From: a candidate division NPL-UPA2 bacterium Unc8
GTDB lineage: Bacteria; NPL-UPA2
Direction of reading: 5' to 3'
NCBI GenBank assembly: GCA_003574845.1
Contig: NDHY01000004.1
Span: 12,723 to 76,722 of the forward strand
DNA length: 64,000 bases
Shown here: in pieces, positions 47,769 to 57,228 of the stretch
How the letters are laid out: every line of letters begins with the position of its first letter
Numbering within the stretch: the stretch's first letter is position 1
The notes under the pieces: generated by a model
The model's database searches: none
What the model saw: only the letters and a program-made list of their open reading frames with translations
Told to the model about the DNA's origin: nothing
Position numbers and translations under genes: made by a program

Positions 47769-48989
47769 ATGGCACTGATTGTTCAGAAATATGGCGGAAG
47801 CTCACTCACCGATGTAGAAAAGATTAAGAAGATTGCCGCCCGGGTCATTGCTGCTAAAGACAGCGGTGATGAAATAGTCGTGGTTGTCTCCGCTCGAGGG
47901 GACACAACTGATAAACTTATTAAGCTTGCCCATCAAATTAACGAACAACCTGCAGAAAGGGAGATGGATATGCTGCTTTCTACCGGAGAACAAGTCTCCG
48001 CTGCTCTCCTGACAATGGCAATACATGCTCAGGGCAAGGATGCTACATCCTTTACAGGAACACAGGTGGGAATTGCTACTGACAGCTCTCACACCAGGGC
48101 AAAAATCCTGAAAATTGATGCAAAAAGAGTAAAAAATAAGCTGGAGAAAGGACATATTGTTATTGTTGCAGGATTTCAGGGCATTGACTATGAGGGAAAT
48201 ATTACCACCCTGGGACGAGGCGGTTCTGATCTGACTGCTGTTTCTCTGGCGGCGGTGCTTAATGCGCAGCGCTGTGAGATTTGCACCGATGTTGAAGGAG
48301 TTTATACTGCCGACCCTCGCATTGTCCCTGAAGCTCGCAAATTAAATGTTGTTTCCTACGACGAGATGCTGGAGATGGCATCTCTCGGCGCATATGTTCT
48401 CTACGATCGATCGGTGGAAATGGCAAAAAGATTTTCCGTTCCACTTCATATTCGCCATAGTTTTTCTCGAAATCCCGGAACATTAATTATCAAGGAGGAT
48501 AAATCAATGGAAGATATCCTGGTGAGGGGAATTACCTTAAGCAAGGAGGAGGCAAAGGTTTCCTTCCATGGAGTTTCTGATAAGCCGGGAGTGGCAGCAA
48601 AACTTTTTCAAGCCATTGCCAGCGCTAATATCAGCGTTAATATGATTATTCAAAATGTGAGCAAAGAAGGACTATCCGACATATCATTTACAGTGGCAAA
48701 AGGAGATCTAAAAAAAGCTATTGCCATGGCCAGGAAAGTCTCCAGACAGATTGGCGGTTGCAAAGTGAGTGCTGATGATGGCATTGCAAATGTATCAATA
48801 GTCGGGATAGGAATGGGCAGACATTCAGGGGTTGCCGCCGAGATGTTCACTGCCCTTGCCGAAGAAGGAGTAAATATTCAGATGATTAGCACTTCAGAAA
48901 TTAAGATTTCCTGTATTGTCTCTGAGAAAGATGGAAAGAAAGCAGCGCGAGCAATACATACAAAATTTAAATTAGGGAAGAGGAATTGA
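47769..48989 (+). CDS. lysC: Aspartate kinase with tandem ACT domains
   Basis: N-terminal IVQKYGGSSL and C-terminal ACT repeats; 406 aa. Confidence 0.9.
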   Translation: MALIVQKYGGSSLTDVEKIKKIAARVIAAKDSGDEIVVVVSARGDTTDKLIKLAHQINEQPAEREMDMLLSTGEQVSAALLTMAIHAQGKDATSFTGTQVGIATDSSHTRAKILKIDAKRVKNKLEKGHIVIVAGFQGIDYEGNITTLGRGGSDLTAVSLAAVLNAQRCEICTDVEGVYTADPRIVPEARKLNVVSYDEMLEMASLGAYVLYDRSVEMAKRFSVPLHIRHSFSRNPGTLIIKEDKSMEDILVRGITLSKEEAKVSFHGVSDKPGVAAKLFQAIASANISVNMIIQNVSKEGLSDISFTVAKGDLKKAIAMARKVSRQIGGCKVSADDGIANVSIVGIGMGRHSGVAAEMFTALAEEGVNIQMISTSEIKISCIVSEKDGKKAARAIHTKFKLGKRN

Positions 48990-48992
48990 ATT

Positions 48993-50552
48993 ATGCAAAA
49001 TATTTTTCTCTATGACACAACCCTGCGGGATGGAGCACAGCAAGACAGAATATCCTTTTCACTTAACGATAAAATTGCAATCGCCAGAAGATTGGACAAA
49101 TTGGGAATTCACTATATTGAAGGAGGATGGCCTGGCTCAAACCCCAAAGACAGCGATTTTTTTCGTGAGGTTGCCAAAATCAGGTTAAGAAAAGCGCGTA
49201 TTTCAGCATTTGGTTCCACCCGCCGCGCCGATAAGAAAGCTAACAGGGATGCTAACTTCAAGGCAATGCTCAAGGCAGAAACTCCGGTCGTTACTATTTT
49301 CGGCAAAAGCTGGATTCTGCATGTGGAAGACGTCCTTCGCACAACTGCCGCCGAAAATCTGAGGATGATTGAGGACTCTATTTTCTATCTCAAATCGCGG
49401 GGGAGAGAAGTGATTTACGATGCCGAGCACTTCTTTGACGGGTATGAAGACAACAAAGAGTACGCCATTCAGACTATTCTTGTTGCAGCGGAGGCGGGAG
49501 CAGACTGGATTGTGCTCTGTGATACCAATGGAGGAATACTGCCAGGGGCTATTTTGAATGCCGTTACTACAGTGAGAAAAAAAATCGGGGTTCCTCTTGG
49601 AATACATACTCATAATGATATTGGAATGGCAATAGCAAATTCCGTTGTTGCCGTAGAAGCCGGCTGCACTCAGGTTCAGGGGACAATCAATGGTTACGGA
49701 GAAAGGTGTGGCAATGCTGACCTCACAGCAGTAATTCCAAACATAATCTTGAAGTTAGGATTCAGGTGCATTCCCAAGGAAAAATTAAAACACCTTTCAG
49801 AGGTTTCTCGATATATTGGTGAAATAGCAAATGTCATTCCCGATGACTATCAGCCATTTGTGGGAAACAGCGCCTTTGCTCACAAGGGAGGCATGCACGT
49901 AGACGCAGTGAGGAAAAACCCGCGCAGCTTTGAGCACATAAACCCGGAATTGGTTGGCAACCGCCGCCGCGTGTTAGTATCGGAGCTTTCAGGGAAAGGA
50001 AGTGTTCTTCATCGGGCAGAAGAGCTTGGTCTTGACCCCGACAAGCGTGAGACTCACCGCATCTTGAAAATGCTCAAGAAGCTTGAAGGACAAGGTTACT
50101 TATTTGAGGCTGCTGATGCCTCCTTTGAACTGTTAATGAAGAAGGCAACAGGAAAATATAAACGATTGTTCAATCTGGAATCTTTTCGCGTCATCATTGA
50201 AAAAAGAGAAGGCGATGGGCTGGTCTCGGAGGCAACGATTAAATTGCGAATCAGAGGGCGGCAGGAGCATACTACTGCCGAGGGCTCCGGACCTGTAAAT
50301 GCTCTTGACAATGCTTTGCGTAAGGCATTGGAGAAGTTTTATCCCGGACTTTCGGAGATGCATCTTTCAGATTTTAAGGTGCGTATTCTTGATCCTGAGG
50401 AAGGCACAAAAGCAAAGACCAGGGTTTTCATTGAATCCCGCGATCGCACCCATACCTGGGGAACGGTCGGAGTATCTGAAAACATCATTGAGGCATCCTG
50501 GCAGGCACTTGTAGAGAGCATTGAATACAAGTTACTGAAGGATAGTAAGTAG
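48993..50552 (+). CDS. cimA: (R)-citramalate synthase (LeuA/CimA family, short form)
   Basis: N-terminal [11 protein letters not shown], HxH metal site and a LeuA-dimerisation C-terminal domain; 519 aa, typical of CimA-type synthases. Confidence 0.8.
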   Translation: MQNIFLYDTTLRDGAQQDRISFSLNDKIAIARRLDKLGIHYIEGGWPGSNPKDSDFFREVAKIRLRKARISAFGSTRRADKKANRDANFKAMLKAETPVVTIFGKSWILHVEDVLRTTAAENLRMIEDSIFYLKSRGREVIYDAEHFFDGYEDNKEYAIQTILVAAEAGADWIVLCDTNGGILPGAILNAVTTVRKKIGVPLGIHTHNDIGMAIANSVVAVEAGCTQVQGTINGYGERCGNADLTAVIPNIILKLGFRCIPKEKLKHLSEVSRYIGEIANVIPDDYQPFVGNSAFAHKGGMHVDAVRKNPRSFEHINPELVGNRRRVLVSELSGKGSVLHRAEELGLDPDKRETHRILKMLKKLEGQGYLFEAADASFELLMKKATGKYKRLFNLESFRVIIEKREGDGLVSEATIKLRIRGRQEHTTAEGSGPVNALDNALRKALEKFYPGLSEMHLSDFKVRILDPEEGTKAKTRVFIESRDRTHTWGTVGVSENIIEASWQALVESIEYKLLKDSK

Positions 50553-53221
50553 TGGATAGCAGATATGACCCCAGGTCGTTAGAGGATAAATGGTACCGAT
50601 TATGGGAAGAAAAGGAGCTTTTCCAGCCGCGTTCCCCTTCTCGCAAGAGCTACTCCATTGTCATTCCGCCTCCCAATATAACCGGCTCACTTCACTGGGG
50701 ACACGCTCTCAATAATACTCTTCAGGACATTCTCATCAGATGGCGACGAATGCAGGGTTATAATACACTCTGGATTCCGGGGGTTGACCATGCTGGAATT
50801 GCCACACAGAATGTCCTTGAAAAAGAGCTCCTAACGCAGGGGATTGACCGTCATAAGTTAGGTAGGGAAAAATTCATCAAAAAAGTGTGGGAGTGGAAAG
50901 AGCACTATGGCGGGACAATTATCCATCAATTGAAAAAGTTAGGCTCCTCCTGCGATTGGTCACGAACAAGATTCACTATGGATGAGAAATGTTCAAAAGC
51001 AGTGATGGAAATATTTGCCCGACTTTACAATGAGGGATTGATTTACCAGGCTGATTATATTGTTAATTGGTGTCCTCGCTGTCATACCGCCATTTCTGAC
51101 ATTGAGGTAGAACACAAGGAAAAGCAAGGGAAACTTTATTATATCAACTATCCGCTGGAGGGAGAAAAAAGAAAGCTCACAGTAGCAACGACGCGTCCGG
51201 AGACCATGTTGGGAGATACAGCAGTTGCCGTTCATCCAGACGACAGGAGATACCAGCATTTTATTGGCAAGACCATTATCCTCCCATTGGTTGAGAGGAA
51301 AATACCTGTTATTGCCGATGCGATTGTTAACCCGTCCTTTGGCACCGGGGCGGTGAAAATTACTCCTGCCCATGACCCAAATGATTTTGAGATTAGCTTG
51401 CGGCGAGGCCTCCCACGGATAGTAGTTATTGATGGAGAAGGGAAAATGACCCCGGCTGCCGGGCGTTACCAGGGTATGAAGCGTGATGAGTGCCGGGAAA
51501 AGGTCATCACTGATCTTGAGGAAAAAGGGTACCTCCTCAAGACCAAAGTCCATCTCCACTCTGTTGGGCATTGCTACCGCTGCAATACCACAATTGAGCC
51601 TCTAATATCAAAGCAATGGTTTCTTAGTATGAAGGAACTTGCCAGGCCGGCAATAAGGGCAGTCAAATCCGGCAAAGTCAGATTTGTGCCCAGCCGTTGG
51701 GGAGATGTATATTTAGAGTGGATGGAAAATATCAGAGACTGGTGCATCTCGCGGCAGATTTGGTGGGGGCATCGGATTCCCATCTGGCACTGTCCGGCTT
51801 GTAAAAAATCAGATGTATATCTGCCTGTGCCGAGTTCGACACGGCAGATAGGTCAAAATTCTGCGACCAAATGTAGGAGTTGCGCCTCCACAAAATTAAA
51901 GCAGGATGAGAGTGTCCTTGACACATGGTTCAGTTCCGCTCTCTGGCCCCTGTCCACACTTGGCTGGCCTGAGAAAACAGACGACATAAATCGCTTTTAT
52001 CCAACAGCAACTCTTGTTACCGGACATGAGATAATACACTTCTGGGTAGCGCGAATGATAATGATGGGAATGAAAATAGTCAAAAAACCACCATTCAGGG
52101 AAGTTCTTATTCATGGGATTGTGCGTGATGCCGAAGGAAAAAAGATGAGTAAATCTCTTGGGAATGCAATTGACCCGCTAAAAACAATTGAAACATATGG
52201 CACTGATGCCCTGCGCTTTGCTCTAATAGGAGCCACTTCACTTGGTGGTCAGGACATCTTTCTTGGTATTGAAAGTATAGAAGGGGGAAGAAACTTTGCC
52301 AATAAAATCTGGAATTTATCTCGCTTCATTCTTCTTAATTCTCAAGACTTTCAGTTTGATAAGGTAAAGCGGAGAGAGTTAATCCTTGATGAAGATGACA
52401 CCTATATCATCAGCCGTATTAATCAGGTCACGAAAACAACGAATGAATTTCTTTCTAACTACCGCTTTAACGAGATGGCAAAGACGCTTTATGAGTTTCT
52501 CTGGCACGAATTCTGCGATTGGTATATTGAACTCTCAAAGCTTCGGCTAAAGCCCTCCATTCCTGCTGAAAGAAAAACGACGCAGTGGGTCTTGCATTAT
52601 GTTCTGCGTGACAGCATGAAGCTTCTTCACCCGATAATGCCATTTATTACAGAAGAGATTTATCAGCGCCTCATCCCTGGAGAGGAAAGTATTATGATTG
52701 CACCCTGGCCGGTCTCAATGAAGAGCCGCATAAATGAGGGTGTGATTGCGCGAACAAAAAAGAAGTATGAAGTAATCACTGCTGAGAGAAAAATTAGAAG
52801 TTTTTGGAACATCCCCGCCGGGAAAAAACTAAGACATCACATAAAGCCAATTGATGCTGATGAAAGAAAAACACTGGAGAAAAACAAGGAAAAATTAATT
52901 GGTATCCTGCCTTCCGCGCACCTTATAATTGAGGAAAAACAACCACTTTCTCAGTATCCGATTTCTGCGGTTACTCCCTCAGGCACCACCATTTCTATTG
53001 ACCCGGGAGAAGACATTGACCTTCAGAAAGAAAAGGAAAAAAAAAGGAAAGAAATTTCTCTCCTTGATAAAAAGATAGAGACATCATCAAATAAGCTAAA
53101 AAACACTAATTTTCTGACAAAGGCAGCGCCAGGGGCTATTGCCCGCGAGAGAGAGAAAAAGCAGGAGCTTGAGGGACGGCGGGCAGAACTGGCAAAAATA
53201 AATCAGTTAATAATTGAATAA
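50552..53221 (+). CDS. valS: Valine--tRNA ligase
   Basis: HIGH-region (PPPNITGSLHWGHAL), KMSKS, editing domain and C-terminal coiled coil; 889 aa. The start overlaps the cimA stop. Confidence 0.95.
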   Translation: MDSRYDPRSLEDKWYRLWEEKELFQPRSPSRKSYSIVIPPPNITGSLHWGHALNNTLQDILIRWRRMQGYNTLWIPGVDHAGIATQNVLEKELLTQGIDRHKLGREKFIKKVWEWKEHYGGTIIHQLKKLGSSCDWSRTRFTMDEKCSKAVMEIFARLYNEGLIYQADYIVNWCPRCHTAISDIEVEHKEKQGKLYYINYPLEGEKRKLTVATTRPETMLGDTAVAVHPDDRRYQHFIGKTIILPLVERKIPVIADAIVNPSFGTGAVKITPAHDPNDFEISLRRGLPRIVVIDGEGKMTPAAGRYQGMKRDECREKVITDLEEKGYLLKTKVHLHSVGHCYRCNTTIEPLISKQWFLSMKELARPAIRAVKSGKVRFVPSRWGDVYLEWMENIRDWCISRQIWWGHRIPIWHCPACKKSDVYLPVPSSTRQIGQNSATKCRSCASTKLKQDESVLDTWFSSALWPLSTLGWPEKTDDINRFYPTATLVTGHEIIHFWVARMIMMGMKIVKKPPFREVLIHGIVRDAEGKKMSKSLGNAIDPLKTIETYGTDALRFALIGATSLGGQDIFLGIESIEGGRNFANKIWNLSRFILLNSQDFQFDKVKRRELILDEDDTYIISRINQVTKTTNEFLSNYRFNEMAKTLYEFLWHEFCDWYIELSKLRLKPSIPAERKTTQWVLHYVLRDSMKLLHPIMPFITEEIYQRLIPGEESIMIAPWPVSMKSRINEGVIARTKKKYEVITAERKIRSFWNIPAGKKLRHHIKPIDADERKTLEKNKEKLIGILPSAHLIIEEKQPLSQYPISAVTPSGTTISIDPGEDIDLQKEKEKKRKEISLLDKKIETSSNKLKNTNFLTKAAPGAIAREREKKQELEGRRAELAKINQLIIE

Positions 53222-53235
53222 CAGTAACTGTTTAC

Positions 53236-53270
53236 GGGGTCAGGGGTCGGGGACTTGACCACTTGACCCC
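53236..53270 (+). terminator. GC hairpin (GGGGTCA...TGACCCC) downstream of valS, possible terminator
   Basis: Inverted repeat read directly. It is not followed by an immediate T-run. Confidence 0.3.
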
Positions 53271-53303
53271 TTGAATCCTTAAGACTGACGGCTGAATGCT
53301 GAG

Positions 53304-53337
53304 AGCTGATAGCTATTTTTTCTTGACGGGATTTTGG
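53304..53337. repeat. 34-bp exact repeat agctgatagctattttttcttgacgggattttgg (copy 2)
   Basis: Identical to 40044-40077 and, like copy 1, preceded by GCTGAWNGC tandem units. Confidence 0.7.
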
Positions 53338-53354
53338 GTTTTGGAATTTACCTA

Positions 53355-53396
53355 CCCCTAACGGGGTAAACGAAGTAGCTCGGTTATTTTAAGTTA
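53355..53396. repeat. Hairpin (CCCC-TAAC-GGGG) followed by repeat AAACGAAGTAGCTCGGTTATTTTAAGTTA (copy 1)
   Basis: A second copy (27 of 29 identical) lies at 61924-61952, also preceded by a GC hairpin. A partial TAACGGGGTAAAC copy is at 54404-54416. Confidence 0.6.
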
Positions 53397-53495
53397 TCTG
53401 AAATTAGAAACCCTTGTGATGAAAGAAAAAGGGAAAGAGAAACGAGTAAAGATACGAACAGAATAACCAGAAGTTTGGTGAGGGAGAGATAAAAC

Positions 53496-53975
53496 ATGCG
53501 AAAATTAAAATTATATCTGGATGCTTCCGTTTGGAATTTCTTTTTTGCAGATGATGCCCCTGAAAAAAGGGATGTAACCAGGGGATTTTTTAATTCTATC
53601 GAAGAAGACGCCTATGAAATCTATATTTCTGAGGTGGTAATTAGAGAGATAAATGATGCACCTGACCCCAAAAGGAAAACGTTGCTTGATTTAATTAATA
53701 AATACACCCCTGTGGAATTAGAGATTACAGAAGAAGCAAATGAATTAACCGAAGTTTACATAAACAACGGTATTGTTCCTAAGGCCAAAAGAAATGATGC
53801 GTTTCACGTTGCTATTGCTACAGCTTTCGAAATGGATGCGGTTATCACCTGGAATTATCAACATCTGGCTAATCTACGAAAGGCTGAGTTGTTTAATGGT
53901 GTTAATTTAGGAAGAGGATATACCAAACGATTAGAAATGGTTACGCCCATGGAGGTGAGTAGATATGAAGGTTGA
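53496..53975 (+). CDS. PIN-domain (VapC-like) nuclease
   Basis: YLDASVW N-terminal acidic motif, SEVVIREI, NDAFHVAIATAFEMDAVITWN, consistent with the PIN Asp/Glu quartet; 159 aa. Confidence 0.55.
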   Translation: MRKLKLYLDASVWNFFFADDAPEKRDVTRGFFNSIEEDAYEIYISEVVIREINDAPDPKRKTLLDLINKYTPVELEITEEANELTEVYINNGIVPKAKRNDAFHVAIATAFEMDAVITWNYQHLANLRKAELFNGVNLGRGYTKRLEMVTPMEVSRYEG

Positions 53976-54135
53976 TAAATCACTCCAGGAAGTATGGGAC
54001 TGGAAAGATAAGGTCTACCGGGAGACAAAGCATCTTTCAGTAAGAGAAACAGCCAAGAAGATCCATGAGGATGTCCAGCAGATTAAGAAAAAATACGGGT
54101 TGAAACTCAAAACGCTTCATCCGTTACAGAAATAA
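53965..54135 (+). CDS. Small protein (56 aa) translationally coupled to the PIN gene
   Basis: Read by hand: ATG at 53965 with GGAGGTGA SD, overlapping the PIN stop. MKVDKSLQEVWDWKDKVYRETKHLSVRETAKKIHEDVQQIKKKYGLKLKTLHPLQK. Confidence 0.4.
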   Translation: MKVDKSLQEVWDWKDKVYRETKHLSVRETAKKIHEDVQQIKKKYGLKLKTLHPLQK

Positions 54136-54139
54136 GCTG

Positions 54140-54248
54140 CAAAAATAAACTTATTCAACGATATTTAAGGCATTCAGATGTAACAACGACGTTGAGGTAT
54201 TATATGGATGTGTTTCCGGAGGACCTGGAAGAGGCGGCAGAGGTGTGA
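54140..54248 (+). pseudogene. Tyrosine-recombinase (integrase) C-terminal fragment
   Basis: The in-frame translation ...LIQRYLRHSDVTTTLRYYMDVFPEDLEEAAEV carries the R-H-x-x-x-TT-x-x-Y catalytic-tail motif, but only about 35 codons remain after an upstream stop. Confidence 0.5.
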
Positions 54249-54558
54249 GCAGAGAGGTAATCAAAACTTACAGATATAGTTAGAAATAGATGAAGTACTT
54301 CGTCGGGCACACAAGTCCTAAAGACTTGGGTCGTGCCAATTTGGGAGTATAAATCCCATTAGAAGTATCAATTTTGCTACCCACTAAGAAGACATAATTT
54401 CTAACGGGGTAAACAAACTCAAATTTCAAAACTCAAAACTCAAAAGAAAGAGGAGAAAAGGACGGTTCACTTAATTGCATCAAAAAGGAAGGAAGAGAAG
54501 GGATGGAAATTCTATTTTTATTTCCACTTAAAGGCAGAGAAAAGAAAAGGAGAGTGAT

Positions 54559-55095
54559 ATGGCAAGAAGAAAGACTGATGGCAAGATGATATCATGTAAG
54601 AAATGCGGAAAACCTTTAAGGTCTTTCATTTTTAAGTCATCGACATGGAAACATGAATGCGATGAATGCGACGACGGATACTATTGCGGAGCCTGTATTA
54701 AGAAGTGGGAAAGGACACTTGTATGCGATAAATGTTATAAAGCGCTTACGATGTTTAAGATTACAAGTGAGAGCAAATTTGTAGGATACAAAGTAGTGAG
54801 TGAGTTTAATTTAATCATAATTGAAGCGATATTCACATCCATGTCAGAGGTGAAAGAAGAAATGACGAGGCAGGCCTTTAGGATAAAGGCAAATGCGGTA
54901 ACAAATTTCAAAATCGTGGAACAAAAAGAAACAACTGAGGACGAGACCTATGTTCCAAAGTATAAGTATACAAAAGAAACATCTCCTATTAGATTCGAAT
55001 TCGAAAAAGAACGAAGCCGAAGAACTTACACACGCTATGGAGCCCAGGGTATGCCTGTCATATTACAGAAGTGTTCGAGGTCAGCAAATGGATAA
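54559..55095 (+). CDS. Double zinc-ribbon protein fused to a YbjQ/DUF74-like domain
   Basis: N-terminal CKKCG...CDECDDGYYCGACIKK...CDKCYK, then FRIKANAVTNFKIVE resembling the YbjQ GANAVVGVRF motif. Confidence 0.5.
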   Translation: MARRKTDGKMISCKKCGKPLRSFIFKSSTWKHECDECDDGYYCGACIKKWERTLVCDKCYKALTMFKITSESKFVGYKVVSEFNLIIIEAIFTSMSEVKEEMTRQAFRIKANAVTNFKIVEQKETTEDETYVPKYKYTKETSPIRFEFEKERSRRTYTRYGAQGMPVILQKCSRSANG

Positions 55096-55651
55096 GCAAT
55101 ATTATAAGGTAGTTATTACCAAAATCGGAGGGGGAGTCGCAAGATTAACAGCTGCCAGGGCATTAAGAGCTCTTAAGTCTATCTCGTTGAGCGAGGCTTT
55201 AGATTTAATTGACAATGCCCCCTACACCGTTCATGAAGGCTCGAAAGCAGAGGCTGATTGGCTAGCAAGCAAACTGCGCCAAACCGGTACAAATGTAATC
55301 ATCAAGGAGATTGTGACAGAATCAAAACCAAAGTCTATGATTATGCAAACTGAAAACCAAGATAAAAGTGAAGGGAGGGTTAAAATGGCAACGGGGAAAC
55401 CCCTTTTCGCTGTCTTTGCAATAATAATAGTACTTATCGGTGCAGTCTTAGTCTCTTATAATCGGGGCATCAAAATCAAAGAGCAGGTAGAGCCTTTGAT
55501 TGCAGCGCTCAGGGACAAGAATTGGCATGTCCGAGAGAAAGCAGCCGAGGCATTGGAGAAGATAACAGGTCGGATTTTCGGGGAAGACCCGGTAAAATGG
55601 CAGGAGTGGTGGGAAGAAAATAAGGAAACTTTTCTAAAAGGAGAAAATTAG
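55088..55651 (+). CDS. Membrane protein with ribosomal-L7/L12-C-terminal-like domain and C-terminal HEAT-like repeat
   Basis: The likely start is ATG 55088, overlapping the upstream stop. KVVITKIGGGVARLTAARALRALKSISLSEALDLIDNAPYTVHEGSKAEADWLASKL resembles the L7/L12 CTD. One TM helix follows, then a DKNWHVREKAAEALEKI HEAT-like repeat. Confidence 0.45.
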   Translation: MDKQYYKVVITKIGGGVARLTAARALRALKSISLSEALDLIDNAPYTVHEGSKAEADWLASKLRQTGTNVIIKEIVTESKPKSMIMQTENQDKSEGRVKMATGKPLFAVFAIIIVLIGAVLVSYNRGIKIKEQVEPLIAALRDKNWHVREKAAEALEKITGRIFGEDPVKWQEWWEENKETFLKGEN

Positions 55652-55653
55652 TA

Positions 55654-56634
55654 TTGATAACAGTAGGAATTGCCGGTACTGGCTTTTATCTTCCAGAGCG
55701 TGTTCTGAGAAATGCTGACCTGGAGAAAATGGTGGATACCAGTGATGAATGGATTGTTTCCCGCACCGGTATCCGTGAGCGGCGTATTGCCTCCGACAGA
55801 GAGGCAACTTCAGACCTGGCAATATCAGCTGCCCGGGAAGCGCTGAGAGACGGCTCCATAGACCCAGAGGAGATTGACCTGATTATCGTATGCACAAGCA
55901 CTCCCGATATGCTTTTCCCTGCAACGGCATGTATTGTTCAGGAAGCTATCGGGGCAAAAAAAGCAGGAGCATTTGACCTTGAGGCTTGTTGCACAGGATT
56001 TGTCTATGGGCTATCCGTTGGCAGCCAATTCATCAAGGCAGGAACGTACAAAACAGTGCTGGTTATTGGCGCTGATATTTTTTCTCGCATTATTGATTGG
56101 ACTGATAGGAACACATGTATTCTGTTTGCTGATGGCGCCGGGGCAGCAGTCTTGAAACCGGCAAAAGATGAAAAGGTGATTCTTGCCACACAATTGGGGA
56201 GTGATGGGTCCTTAGCCAATCTTATCGCCCAGCCTGCCGGCGGCTCGCGTCAGCCGGCAACTTATAAAACAATTGATAAAAGGTTGCATTACTTAAAAAT
56301 GGATGGGAGAAGGGTATTTAGGGTTGCAGTAGAGATTGCAGATAGGGCAACAAGGGATGTCTTAGAGGAATGCAGTCTCTCCACTGAGGATATTGACTGT
56401 CTTATTCTACATCAGGCTAACGCTCGCATTCTGGAGGCAATCGCCAGGAGGTTAGAGCTGCCAGGCAGCAAGGTTTTCATAAATCTTGACCGCTATGGAA
56501 ATGCCTCTGCTGCTTCCATTGCTATTGCTCTTGCTGAGGTGGCGCGCGAGGGACAGTTGAAAAAAGGGAGCATTGTTGTTATAATTGGTTTTGGCTCAGG
56601 AATGACCTGGGCGTCTTGTGTAATAAAATGGTAA
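55654..56634 (+). CDS. fabH: 3-oxoacyl-ACP synthase III
   Basis: TTG start; GTGFYLPERVL, the catalytic Cys in the ACCTGF context, His/Asn in the C-terminal half; 326 aa. Confidence 0.9.
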   Translation: MITVGIAGTGFYLPERVLRNADLEKMVDTSDEWIVSRTGIRERRIASDREATSDLAISAAREALRDGSIDPEEIDLIIVCTSTPDMLFPATACIVQEAIGAKKAGAFDLEACCTGFVYGLSVGSQFIKAGTYKTVLVIGADIFSRIIDWTDRNTCILFADGAGAAVLKPAKDEKVILATQLGSDGSLANLIAQPAGGSRQPATYKTIDKRLHYLKMDGRRVFRVAVEIADRATRDVLEECSLSTEDIDCLILHQANARILEAIARRLELPGSKVFINLDRYGNASAASIAIALAEVAREGQLKKGSIVVIIGFGSGMTWASCVIKW

Positions 56635-56637
56635 GAG

Positions 56638-57228
56638 GTGGAAATGGCTATAAGTAGTTATCGGGTTATACCGGGTCCAGAAAGTTATCTTTCCCCTGCG
56701 GCAGCTTCAATGGGGGTAGTCCTCCCTGAAAAGGGTGAAGCGCTGATTGAAGGAAAGATAGTTCCTGAGGAAGAGGCAATAGAAAAAATTACGGAAAAAC
56801 TTATTCTCGCAAAAAATCCATTTTTCTTTCCCGGCCCCCTCATCCTGTGGGCATGGAATGAAAAAGCAATAGCAAAAGCAAAAGCAGTAAAAGAGCTGGC
56901 TGAAGCGGCAGGAGCAAAAATTATCCCGATGCCTGATTACAGGCCCAAGTATCCAATGATTAATCCCGAGGAGGAGATCAACCCAAACCATCCCAACCTT
57001 ACTATCTGGCATAACAAAATTGACACTTGTGTTTTTGTCGGAGTCCATTGCCACTACGCTAATTTAGCTTTAAAGATTATCAGAGGAGGAACAGACTGCT
57101 ACACCATTGCCTTGTGCGGACAGGCTGGGCATGAAGATGCGATGATTACTCTGAGAGATATCCACTCCGAAGAAGTGCAGAAATTAACAGAGGTGGTAAA
57201 GAGAGCTAAAGGAGGAACTCCCCAATGA
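56638..57228 (+). CDS. Conserved hypothetical protein co-transcribed with the 2-oxoacid:ferredoxin oxidoreductase genes
   Basis: 196 aa with no recognised motif. It sits 4 nt after fabH and overlaps the OFOR alpha start. Confidence 0.5.
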   Translation: MEMAISSYRVIPGPESYLSPAAASMGVVLPEKGEALIEGKIVPEEEAIEKITEKLILAKNPFFFPGPLILWAWNEKAIAKAKAVKELAEAAGAKIIPMPDYRPKYPMINPEEEINPNHPNLTIWHNKIDTCVFVGVHCHYANLALKIIRGGTDCYTIALCGQAGHEDAMITLRDIHSEEVQKLTEVVKRAKGGTPQ

